In this document: in pieces, positions 25,894 through 33,451 of the stretch
How the letters are laid out: each line of letters starts with the position of its first letter
Numbering within the stretch: position 1 is the stretch's first letter
DNA from: Acidobacteriota bacterium
GTDB taxonomy: Bacteria > Acidobacteriota > Terriglobia > UBA7540
Length of the DNA: 53,468 nucleotides
Reading direction: 5' to 3'
Assembly: GCA_021827255.1 (NCBI GenBank)
Contig: JAKAWO010000001.1
Span: forward strand, 1 to 53,468
Position numbers and translations under genes: made by a program
The notes under the pieces: generated by a model
The model's input: the letters and a program-made list of their open reading frames with translations, nothing else
Databases searched by the model: none
Told to the model about the DNA's origin: nothing

Positions 25894-27351
25894 TCAGGCA
25901 CGGTCTGGCGCAGACGGAGCGAGAGCCGCCGCCGCCCGCTCCAGCCGCCGCACCGTGCGCTCCCGTCCGAGCGCCCTCATCACCTCAAACAAACCAGGGG
26001 CGACGGCTTGGCCGGTCAAGCCCACGCGCGCAGCGTTGATCAGCACTCCAGCCCGAATGCCCTTCTCCTCCGCTAGGTCCCTCAGACATTTTTCGGTTTG
26101 CTCAAGATCGAACGAGCTTAGGTTCGATAGCCGCTGGGCAAGGTCTCGAAGCCAATCGGCCAGGCGCGATTCCTTCCAGAATTTTCTCCGCGCTTCCAGC
26201 TCATAGGGAAAGTCATCGGTAAAAAAGGCTCGGCCGGATTCGGAAAAATCCTTGAGCGTCCGGGCGCGCGTCTGCAAAAGGCGAACGGAATCCTCAAAGC
26301 GCTGTCTTTCACTCCCCGAGAACGCCGAACTCCACAAGCCGGAGATTTCAAGCTCTCCCCGAACTCGCGGCAAGAGCGCTTCGAGCGGCATACGCCGCAG
26401 ATATTCGCTGTTCATCCAGGCGAGCTTTTCCGGATCGAAGACGGCGTTCGACTTGGAGGCGGCAGCCAAGTCAAATTGCTCGACCATCTCCTCCGGGCTG
26501 ACGATTTCCTTGCCGCCGGGCGGTGCCCATCCGAGCAACGCGAGAAAGTTCATCAAGGCTTCGGGCAGAATGCCTTGATCGCGATAAGCGCCCACCGAGG
26601 TTGCTCCGTGGCGTTTGGAGAGGCGCTGTTTGTCCGGGCCCAGAATCAGCGGCAGGTGAGCGAAAACTGGTTGCGACGAGCTTAGAGCGTGGTACATCAG
26701 GATTTGTTTTGGCGTGTTCGAAAGGTGGTCGGCGCCGCGAATGACGTGGGTAATGCGCAAATCAAGGTCGTCGGCGACGACGCTCAGGTGATAAGTCGGC
26801 TGGCCGTCGGAGCGGAGAAGGACGAAGTCCTCGATTTCGGAGTTCTCAAGCTCGATCCGCCCAAACACAAGATCATCAAACGCTGTCCGGCCCGATTCCG
26901 GCGTGCGAAAGCGAAGCGCCCAAGGCCGGCCTTGCGCGCGACGGCGGGCGCGGTCCGGCTCGGAGAGATCCCGGCACGTCCCGTCATATTTCCACGCGCG
27001 ATGCGCGGCTTCCGCGGTTTGGCGTTTTTTTTGGAGCTCGTCCGGCGGGCAGAAGCACGGATAGGCGTGGCCCTGCCGCTCAAGCTGCGAGGCCCGAGCG
27101 CGATACAGCTCCAGCCGCTCGGATTGATAGTACGGCCCTTCGTCCCAATCGAGCCCGAGCCATTCTAGGCTATCGAGGATGGCTTGGGTCAGCTCGGGCT
27201 TCGACCGGTCGGCGTCCGTGTCCTCGATGCGCAGAATCACGGTCCCCGCATGGCGCCGGGCGTAAAGCCAGTTGTAGAGCGCCGTGCGCGCCCCGCCGAC
27301 GTGGAGGTAGCCGGTGGGCGACGGAGCGAATCGGACGCGAAGTTCAGTCAT
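25894..27351 (-). CDS. gltX: Glutamate--tRNA ligase
   Basis: RVRFAPSPTGYLHVGGARTALYNWL (HIGH-type motif), RLSKRHG (KMSKS-type motif) and IEDTD. Confidence 0.95.
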   Translation of the reverse strand: MTELRVRFAPSPTGYLHVGGARTALYNWLYARRHAGTVILRIEDTDADRSKPELTQAILDSLEWLGLDWDEGPYYQSERLELYRARASQLERQGHAYPCFCPPDELQKKRQTAEAAHRAWKYDGTCRDLSEPDRARRRAQGRPWALRFRTPESGRTAFDDLVFGRIELENSEIEDFVLLRSDGQPTYHLSVVADDLDLRITHVIRGADHLSNTPKQILMYHALSSSQPVFAHLPLILGPDKQRLSKRHGATSVGAYRDQGILPEALMNFLALLGWAPPGGKEIVSPEEMVEQFDLAAASKSNAVFDPEKLAWMNSEYLRRMPLEALLPRVRGELEISGLWSSAFSGSERQRFEDSVRLLQTRARTLKDFSESGRAFFTDDFPYELEARRKFWKESRLADWLRDLAQRLSNLSSFDLEQTEKCLRDLAEEKGIRAGVLINAARVGLTGQAVAPGLFEVMRALGRERTVRRLERAAAALAPSAPDRA

Positions 27352-27581
27352 AATCTCGGAACTGTTTCGAACCGCAGCCCTAACAACGGTTCGGCTGCGC
27401 TTCGGGCGACTTAATCATCGTATGCGATTTGTGCGGGCGTGGGAAGGCTCGGCGTGAGCTCGAACGTCACACAGGACCCGCCCAGTCGCAAAAGGAGAAG
27501 TCGGCTGACGGCGATCTCCACCCCGGCAGCGGCTGCTTGCTCGACAAAACTGAGCCTCACGACGGCGATGATAAGGAGTCC

Positions 27582-28136
27582 CTAATTCGGGCGTGAATTC
27601 CGAGTAGCAACTTTCACCGGGGTCAGCCGCACATCAAGCTTCTGGACGATCGGTTGCTCGACTTTGAGAAGGGTTTCAGAAGGTTCGTACCCCGGGGCTT
27701 CCACACGGAGCGTATGCTCGCCCATAGGGAGCTGGATGGGCCCCAAATCGCGGGCCGATCCAACGTCCGATCCATCCAGAGTCACATGGGCATGCGAAGG
27801 TTTCGCTGTCAGCAGAAGTGTCGTAACCGAATCCCACGGGTAGCCGGCGGAGGGATTGTAACCCGCCTGGCGCGGGTCGTCGCTGGCATTTGGTCCCGCC
27901 CACCAATAGGAACCGAGATAAGAAGTGGAGGGCGGAATCATCGGCAGCGCAAAAGCGGGAGAATAAAAGCCCCCGTACACGTTGAGCGGGACGGGATTAA
28001 AAAAGACGCTCCTCCCGCTGGCAGGCGCTAGGATGCTCGGACCCCCGGCGGCCTCGGCGATAAGGCTAAAATTGGTTGCCAAGAGAAAGCAGAGGAAGCC
28101 GCCAGGAAGGATCAATCGGACGCTTGGCGAACGCAT
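27582..28136 (-). CDS. Secreted PEGA domain protein
   Basis: A signal peptide, then the C-terminal HVTLDGSDVGSARDLGPIQLPMGEHTLRVEAPGYEPSETLLKV, which carries the PEGA motif as APGY. Confidence 0.7.
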   Translation of the reverse strand: MRSPSVRLILPGGFLCFLLATNFSLIAEAAGGPSILAPASGRSVFFNPVPLNVYGGFYSPAFALPMIPPSTSYLGSYWWAGPNASDDPRQAGYNPSAGYPWDSVTTLLLTAKPSHAHVTLDGSDVGSARDLGPIQLPMGEHTLRVEAPGYEPSETLLKVEQPIVQKLDVRLTPVKVATRNSRPN

Positions 28137-28212
28137 ACATGCCTCCCATCCGAGGGAGTTCTCATTTCAGTTGGACTCTACCACCTTATTATGCCAAATG
28201 CCAGCCGGAATT

Positions 28213-29136
28213 TCACTGGCCTGAGTGTGGGACGAGCCAGCTCTTCGCTCCAAGATTGTCCGCGGCCAGGACGCGCGCTTCCGCGCGGACGCCGTGCTCC
28301 TGGAGGGCGCCACAGATCAATCGCCCCACGTCCTCCGCGTCTTCCTGGACAAAGCTGAGGATGGAAGGACCTGCACCACTCAGGCAAATGCCCTGGATGC
28401 CAGGGTGCTCAAGGCGGAGGACTTCGCCCAGTCCAGGAATGAGCGGGGCGCGGTAGGGTTGATGGAAACGATCTTCGAAGAGCAATGGCGCAAGATCCAT
28501 CCGGCCGGAAAAAAATTGCGCCGCCAACACCGCCGCTCGCTGCAAATTATGGACGCTGTCGTCGCGGGTGTACTGCGTCGGGAGCACGGCGCGAGCCTTT
28601 TCCGTCGGCAAGGCGTAATCGGGAATCACAAGCACCAAGGTAAGGGTGTCCGGCACCGGACACGACCAGGCTCGGATGCGATAGCCGGCCTGGACGGCGA
28701 GAGTAAAACCTCCGTGCCACGCTGCCGCGACATTATCGGGATGCCCGCCCTCAAGGCGCGCGGCGATGGAGAGCACATCATCGTCGGCGGGCGCGCGGCC
28801 CGCCAGCCGATAGCTCAGGGCGACAGCGGCGATGATTGCGGCGGCGCTTGAACCCAGCCCCACGCCGATGGGGATTTGGTTGTTGATTTCAAGGTCTAGC
28901 CCCTCCGGATGCTTCCACGCGCGCAGAAGATCGCGCATCGTTCGGGCGATCAGATTGCTCTCATCCAGCGCGACCCGTTCCGGTGTCGCTCCCTGATATT
29001 GGATCGAGAGGCCTCCGTCCTCGCGAGGCGCAGCCCCGACTTCCAGATAGAGTTGGAGCGCGATGCCCGCGCAATCAAACGCGCATCCCAGATTGGCGCT
29101 GGTGGCGGGGACACGGACGGAAACGGCTGGCGGCAT
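28213..29136 (-). CDS. thrB: Homoserine kinase (GHMP family)
   Basis: VRVPATSANLGCAFDCAGIAL and IPIGVGLGSSAAAIIAAV (GHMP motif II). The length and C-terminal pattern are typical of ThrB. Confidence 0.9.
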   Translation of the reverse strand: MPPAVSVRVPATSANLGCAFDCAGIALQLYLEVGAAPREDGGLSIQYQGATPERVALDESNLIARTMRDLLRAWKHPEGLDLEINNQIPIGVGLGSSAAAIIAAVALSYRLAGRAPADDDVLSIAARLEGGHPDNVAAAWHGGFTLAVQAGYRIRAWSCPVPDTLTLVLVIPDYALPTEKARAVLPTQYTRDDSVHNLQRAAVLAAQFFSGRMDLAPLLFEDRFHQPYRAPLIPGLGEVLRLEHPGIQGICLSGAGPSILSFVQEDAEDVGRLICGALQEHGVRAEARVLAADNLGAKSWLVPHSGQ

Positions 29137-29182
29137 AGGTTGGTAAATCGCGCGATCGGAATTGCGGACTGAACGCCCCGCT

Positions 29183-29461
29183 TCAGACGCCCCCGGCGAT
29201 GGCGGGAATCAAAAGCACTTCATCGCCGTCCTCGAAAGCGTAACCGGCCCCGCCGAGAAAGCGAATGTCCTCATCGTTGACGTAAATGTTCACAAAGCGG
29301 TGTGGCGTTCCATCCTCGGCGCAGAGGGCCTTCTTGATGCCTGGAAACTGGCGCTCGAGGCTTTCAAACAAACCGGTGAGATTGGTAGCGTCGCTTTCGG
29401 CGACCTCGGCCCCTCCGGTAAATTTCCTGAGCGGGGGTGGAATGCGAATGGTGATAGCCAA
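29183..29461 (-). CDS. CysO/MoaD/ThiS-family ubiquitin-like sulfur-carrier protein ending in GG-Val
   Basis: AITIRIPPPLRKFTGGAEV...HRFVNIYVNDEDIRFLGGAGYAFEDGDEVLLIPAIAGGV closely parallels Mycobacterium CysO as I recall it (...HRFVNIYVNDEDVRFSGG...ILPAVAGG). I propose a TTG start at 29461, 5 nt after GGAGG. The track's longer N-terminus has no family counterpart. Confidence 0.8.
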   Translation of the reverse strand: MAITIRIPPPLRKFTGGAEVAESDATNLTGLFESLERQFPGIKKALCAEDGTPHRFVNIYVNDEDIRFLGGAGYAFEDGDEVLLIPAIAGGV

Positions 29462-29612
29462 GAGAACCTCCGAAACATGTTGCCACTCCGAATTGAGCGG
29501 CTTGGCACGCTGGCGCCTCAGGGGGCCCCGATGAGTCTTCCCCTTCCCCACGCCCCAACGGTCCTAAACCACGACGGGGAAATGACCGTCGCGGCTATCC
29601 ATTACGCAGACG

Positions 29613-30866
29613 CTAAGCACGAGCTGACGCCAAGCCAAGGTAGTTTTCTTCAAACTCGGCAAGCTTGGGCCGGATGGCCGCGCTGCGGTGTGCGTCGCGC
29701 AACGCGCCGCTCACCGCTCCGAGAGTCTTCATGCCGTTGCCCGTGATCGCCAGGACAATGGATTCGTCGGGATTCAGGCGCCTTTGTTCGATCAGCTTCC
29801 GCGCCACGGCGACGGCCACGCCGCCGGCGGTTTCGGCAAAAATACCTTCCGTCTCGGCCAGCAAACGGATGCCCTCGACGACTTCCTCGTCGGAAGCATC
29901 CTCGCCAGCGCCGCCCGAGCCCAGGATGGTTTTGACGGCATAATAGCCGTCGGCCGGATTGCCGATGGCCAGCGATTTGACGATGGTCCGGGGCTTCTGC
30001 GGCTCGATTTCAGCAATGCCTTTCTTGGCGGCGGTGGTAATGGGTGAACAGCCCGTGGCCTGAGCGCCAAAAAATTTGGTTCCGTGAGGTTCCACCCATC
30101 CGAGCTGCCGAAGCTCGTGGAAAGCCTTATTGATTTTAGTAATCAGCGAACCCCCCGCCATCGGCACCACGATGTTCTGAGGCAGGCGCCATCCCAACTG
30201 CTCCGCTACTTCATAGCCGAAGGTTTTCGATCCTTCGGAATAGTAGGAGCGAAGGTTCACGTTGACGATGCCCCACGAATATTTCTGGGCGATCTCCGAG
30301 CAAAGGCGGTTGACTTGGTCGTAATTCCCGTTGATCTGGACCAGCGTCGCGCCGTAAATTTCCGTGCCGATGATTTTTTCGGGTTCGAGGTCGGCGGGAA
30401 CAAAGATGAAAGTTTTGAAACCGCCGCGCGCCGCTTGCGCCGCGACGGCATTTGCCAGGTTGCCGGTCGAAGAGCATCCCACCGTGTCAAATCCGAACTC
30501 GCGAGCCTTCGAAAGCGCCACGGCCACCACGCGGTCCTTGAACGACAGGGTGGGGAAATTGACGGCGTCGTTTTTCAGATAGACTTCCCGCGCGCCGAGG
30601 GCTCGCGCCAGCCGCGGAGCTAGAGCCAGGGGCGTAAATCCGGTGGAGGTGCCGACGTAAGGCTCACCGGTCAGGGGCAACAATTCATGGTAGCGCCACA
30701 TGGTGGGCGGCCGATGAGCGATGGCGTCGCGAGAAATCTCCGCCCGCAGCCGGTCGTAGTCATACACCACTTCCAGCGGAGCCCAACATTCCTCGCAGGC
30801 GGCCATGGGCTCGATGGGATACCTCCGGCTGCATTCGCGGCATTTCAGGTGAGAGTGATAGTTCAC
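29613..30866 (-). CDS. Threonine synthase-family PLP enzyme with an N-terminal zinc ribbon (ThrC, or a MetM-like O-phosphohomoserine sulfhydrylase)
   Basis: PLP lysine motif FPTLSFKDR, followed by GCSSTGN, and an N-terminal CRECSRRY...CEEC ribbon. GTG start at 30866, 4 nt after GGAGGG. Confidence 0.85.
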   Translation of the reverse strand: MNYHSHLKCRECSRRYPIEPMAACEECWAPLEVVYDYDRLRAEISRDAIAHRPPTMWRYHELLPLTGEPYVGTSTGFTPLALAPRLARALGAREVYLKNDAVNFPTLSFKDRVVAVALSKAREFGFDTVGCSSTGNLANAVAAQAARGGFKTFIFVPADLEPEKIIGTEIYGATLVQINGNYDQVNRLCSEIAQKYSWGIVNVNLRSYYSEGSKTFGYEVAEQLGWRLPQNIVVPMAGGSLITKINKAFHELRQLGWVEPHGTKFFGAQATGCSPITTAAKKGIAEIEPQKPRTIVKSLAIGNPADGYYAVKTILGSGGAGEDASDEEVVEGIRLLAETEGIFAETAGGVAVAVARKLIEQRRLNPDESIVLAITGNGMKTLGAVSGALRDAHRSAAIRPKLAEFEENYLGLASARA

Positions 30867-30940
30867 ATTTCCCTCCGCTCTGTTCTCATCGAAGGCTGGC
30901 TTGCCGGGCGCTGGGTTCCCGAGAGATGGAAAGGAGTTCG

Positions 30941-30976
30941 AAACAAAAAAGCCCTCCCGATCTCATCGGGGGGCTG
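30941..30976 (-). terminator. Intrinsic terminator forming the expression platform of the SAM-I riboswitch
   Basis: The minus-strand RNA reads GCCCCCCGA-UGAGA-UCGGG(A)GGGC followed by UUUUUU. That is a 9-bp GC-rich stem with one bulge and a 5-nt loop, and the U6 tract lies at 30945-30950. Confidence 0.8.
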
Positions 30977-30994
30977 AATGGAGGTTGGGCGACC

Positions 30995-31106
30995 CTCTCT
31001 CATCTCCCCCTAATACGGGCAGGAGTTGGCACCTGCCCCCCGATTTTCATCGGGGCGGTTGCCGTGGCGTCTTCGGGCCCGTCCCTCGGCCACTCTTGAT
31101 GAGATT
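30995..31106 (-). promoter_or_regulatory. SAM-I (S-box) riboswitch aptamer
   Basis: The minus strand reads CUCAUCAAGAGUGGCCGAGGGACGGGCCCGAAGACGCCACGGCAACCGCCCCGAUGAAAAUCGGGGGGCAGGUGCCAACUCCUGCCCGUAUUAGGGGGAGAUGAGAG. It has the P1 pairing CUCAUC/GAUGAG and the conserved cores AAGAG.GGC.GAGGGA..GGCCCGA.GA.GCC.GGCAACC and GGUGCCAA.UCCUGC. Aligned by hand it follows the Thermoanaerobacter SAM-I aptamer closely across the conserved cores. Confidence 0.93.
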
Positions 31107-31125
31107 CAGGCTTGCTGAATCACGT

Positions 31126-31154
31126 ATTCAATTGTCGCTCACTATGTTAGTCAA
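31126..31154 (-). promoter_or_regulatory. Candidate promoter (TTGACT-N17-TTGAAT) for the riboswitch-controlled operon
   Basis: On the minus strand, TTGACT lies at 31154-31149 and TTGAAT at 31131-26. The predicted start is about 10-15 nt upstream of the P1 stem. The -10 is weak. Confidence 0.35.
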
Positions 31155-31257
31155 CAGGGCCGTCCGCTGTCAACCTTAAATTATGCGCCCCAGCCGGTTT
31201 CGCGGAGCGGCGCGCCAGAGCATGGCATGGTAGGCCGCGGCCGGGCGGGACGCCAGG

Positions 31258-32814
31258 TTAATGGGCGGATAGGCTGCGGCCTGTCCGCGGCTTCCTCATC
31301 AGGAAAATGAACGGCCACATGACCATGAATATCATCGCCAGCGTCCAGAAGGTGGCGTTATAAGCCAGCATGGCGCTGTGGCGCTCCACCAGGCGGAACA
31401 GGAAGGCGTCGGCGCGCGTGGAGGCTGTGGCCCCATCGGCCCCTTTCATAAAGAACATCTGCCGCACTGAGTTCGCCAAGGCTTGGCTGCCGAGGCTGTA
31501 GGGATTCACGTGGCGCCCCAGAAGGTTGAAATAGAGCTGCTCGCGGCGGGCCACCAACGTCGTGGAGGCTGCAATTCCCATGCTGCCACCGAGATTCCGC
31601 ATCAGGTTGAAGATGCTCGTGGCATTGCCCATACGCTCATTCGCGATCGGGTCCATCGTCGCGGTCGTCAACGGGACGAAGATCATTCCCATGGCGAGGC
31701 CCTGAATGAACTGCGGCCAGAATACCTGCCAGTAGCCAATGTTGAGATTGAGCGTGCCCAACATCATGAAGCTGATTGCCGTCACCAAGACACCGACGCT
31801 GAGCATTTTGCGGGCATCAAAACGCATCAATAGCACTCCCACGGTGGGCATCATCAAAAAGGAGCCAAAACCGCGCGGAAACAGCGCAATGCCCGCCTGG
31901 AGCGCAGGGTAACCGAGCAGCGTTTGCAACAGCAGTGGCAGGATGACCAAGCCGCCGTAAAGGCCGAAGCCGAGCAAGGTCATCAAAAACACGCCCGTGC
32001 CGTAGGTGCGAACCTTGAAGACGCGCAAGTCCACCACCGGGTGCTCGGTCATCAGCTCGCGGATGATGAAGATGACGATCGCTATGCCAGCGATGATGGC
32101 GAGGGTGAGGATAAAATGCGACCCGAACCAGTCGTCCTCCTGGCCCTTGTCGAGGACAATTTGCAAACAGGCGACGCCCAAGGCCAGAAACCCGATTCCC
32201 CAATAATCTATGCCGCCCTTGGAGCGTCTCAAGTAAGGCGGGTCGAAGATGAAGAGCTCGGTCATGACCAGCGCCAGGATGCCCACCGGCACGTTAATGT
32301 AAAAGACCCAGCGCCAGCTATAGCTGTCCGTAATCCAGCCGCCCAGCACCGGCCCCAGCATGGGGGCGACGACGATGCCCAATCCCCAAAACCCCATCGC
32401 TTTGCCGCGCTCTTCGGGAGGAAAAGTTTCCAGCAGCACCGCCTGCGAAATCGGCTGCAAGCCGCCGCCGCAGGCTCCCTGAATCACGCGGAAGACGATG
32501 AGTGCGGAAAGGGTAGGGGCGAAGCCACAGAGGAAAGATGCGGCGGTGAACCCCGTCACAGCCATCATCAGGAGGCGCTTGCGTCCGAATCGGCCAGCCA
32601 GCCAGCCCGTCATGGGCAGGATGATGGCGTTGGCGACCAGATAAGAAGTCAGCGCCCAGGTCGCTTCGTCCGGCGTTGCTGAAAGGCTGCCGGCAATGTG
32701 CGGCAGGGAAACATTGACCACCGTGGTGTCGAGCACTTCCATAAACGTGCTCAACATCACCGCAATGGCGATGATCCAGCGGTTGATCGGCGGTTTTTCG
32801 ATGGGCTCAGCCAT
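31258..32814 (-). CDS. DHA2-family (EmrB/QacA-type, 14-TMS) MFS efflux permease
   Basis: LDTTVVNVSLPHIAGSL, GWLAGRFGRKRLL and GACGGGLQP are MFS/DHA2 motifs. About 14 hydrophobic segments. ATG 32814 is preferred to the track's TTG at 32820. Confidence 0.87.
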   Translation of the reverse strand: MAEPIEKPPINRWIIAIAVMLSTFMEVLDTTVVNVSLPHIAGSLSATPDEATWALTSYLVANAIILPMTGWLAGRFGRKRLLMMAVTGFTAASFLCGFAPTLSALIVFRVIQGACGGGLQPISQAVLLETFPPEERGKAMGFWGLGIVVAPMLGPVLGGWITDSYSWRWVFYINVPVGILALVMTELFIFDPPYLRRSKGGIDYWGIGFLALGVACLQIVLDKGQEDDWFGSHFILTLAIIAGIAIVIFIIRELMTEHPVVDLRVFKVRTYGTGVFLMTLLGFGLYGGLVILPLLLQTLLGYPALQAGIALFPRGFGSFLMMPTVGVLLMRFDARKMLSVGVLVTAISFMMLGTLNLNIGYWQVFWPQFIQGLAMGMIFVPLTTATMDPIANERMGNATSIFNLMRNLGGSMGIAASTTLVARREQLYFNLLGRHVNPYSLGSQALANSVRQMFFMKGADGATASTRADAFLFRLVERHSAMLAYNATFWTLAMIFMVMWPFIFLMRKPRTGRSLSAH

Positions 32815-32820
32815 AATCAA

Positions 32821-33441
32821 TCAAGAATGAGCGCGAGGGACTCCTGCGGCGCAAACAATGGTGGCGGCCACGGTCTCAAGACCCAGGGTTGAGGAGATGG
32901 TTAAATGGTACAGGCGGCGGTCTTTCCAGTCCTCGCCGAAGAATCGCTTGATGTAGGCTGAGCGTTTGCGGTCAGTCTCCTCCAGGGCTCGCTCGACATC
33001 GGTGCCGGGAGCCAGCCGTCCGCGAAGACGTTGCACTTTTTCCTCGCGCGGCGCGAAGACGGAAACGTGGAAAACATCCTTGCGCCGGCGCAGCACACAC
33101 TGACTCCCGCGGCCGACAATCACACATTCGCCGGCCTGAGCGGCCTCGCGGAAAATTTCGGCGGTCATCTTTGCCATTGTCTCCGAATCGAAGGGCTCAG
33201 ACTCAGGGGTCGTCGCGGTAGAGGCATATGCGTGCCACAGGGCCTTCACCAGGCCATAAAACCAAGGGTCCACGCCTTCATCCGAACGCGCCGCCGCATT
33301 AGGAGGGACCTTCGCCCGGCGGGCGACCTCATCCACCACCGAGGCGTCCAGCAGCTTCCATCCCAGATGCTTAGCCAGGATTTCGGCGACGATTCCACCG
33401 CCGCTGCCGTGCTCGCGACTGACTGTGATGACGCGAAACAT
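32821..33441 (-). CDS. Cytidylate kinase-like family protein (Cytidylate_kin2-type P-loop protein)
   Basis: ITVSREHGSGGGIVAEILAKHLGWKLLD, CVIVGRGSQCVLRRRKDVFHVSVFAP, DRKRSAYIKRFFGEDWKDRRLYHLTISS. This is the diagnostic pattern of the cytidylate-kinase-like family of unknown function. Confidence 0.8.
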   Translation of the reverse strand: MFRVITVSREHGSGGGIVAEILAKHLGWKLLDASVVDEVARRAKVPPNAAARSDEGVDPWFYGLVKALWHAYASTATTPESEPFDSETMAKMTAEIFREAAQAGECVIVGRGSQCVLRRRKDVFHVSVFAPREEKVQRLRGRLAPGTDVERALEETDRKRSAYIKRFFGEDWKDRRLYHLTISSTLGLETVAATIVCAAGVPRAHS

Positions 33442-33451
33442 TTCCGCCCCT

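Noticed and set aside
28704-28719. TGGCAC-N5-TTTTA on the minus strand
   Set aside because: It lies inside the thrB coding sequence and lacks the -12 GC, so it is probably a chance match.
29462-29551. Longer N-terminus (MGKGKTHRGPLRRQRAKPLNSEWQHVSEV) for the sulfur-carrier protein
   Set aside because: CysO/MoaD-type carriers start directly with the first beta-strand. A TTG with a well-spaced GGAGG precedes AITIRIP, and the extension is basic low-complexity sequence.
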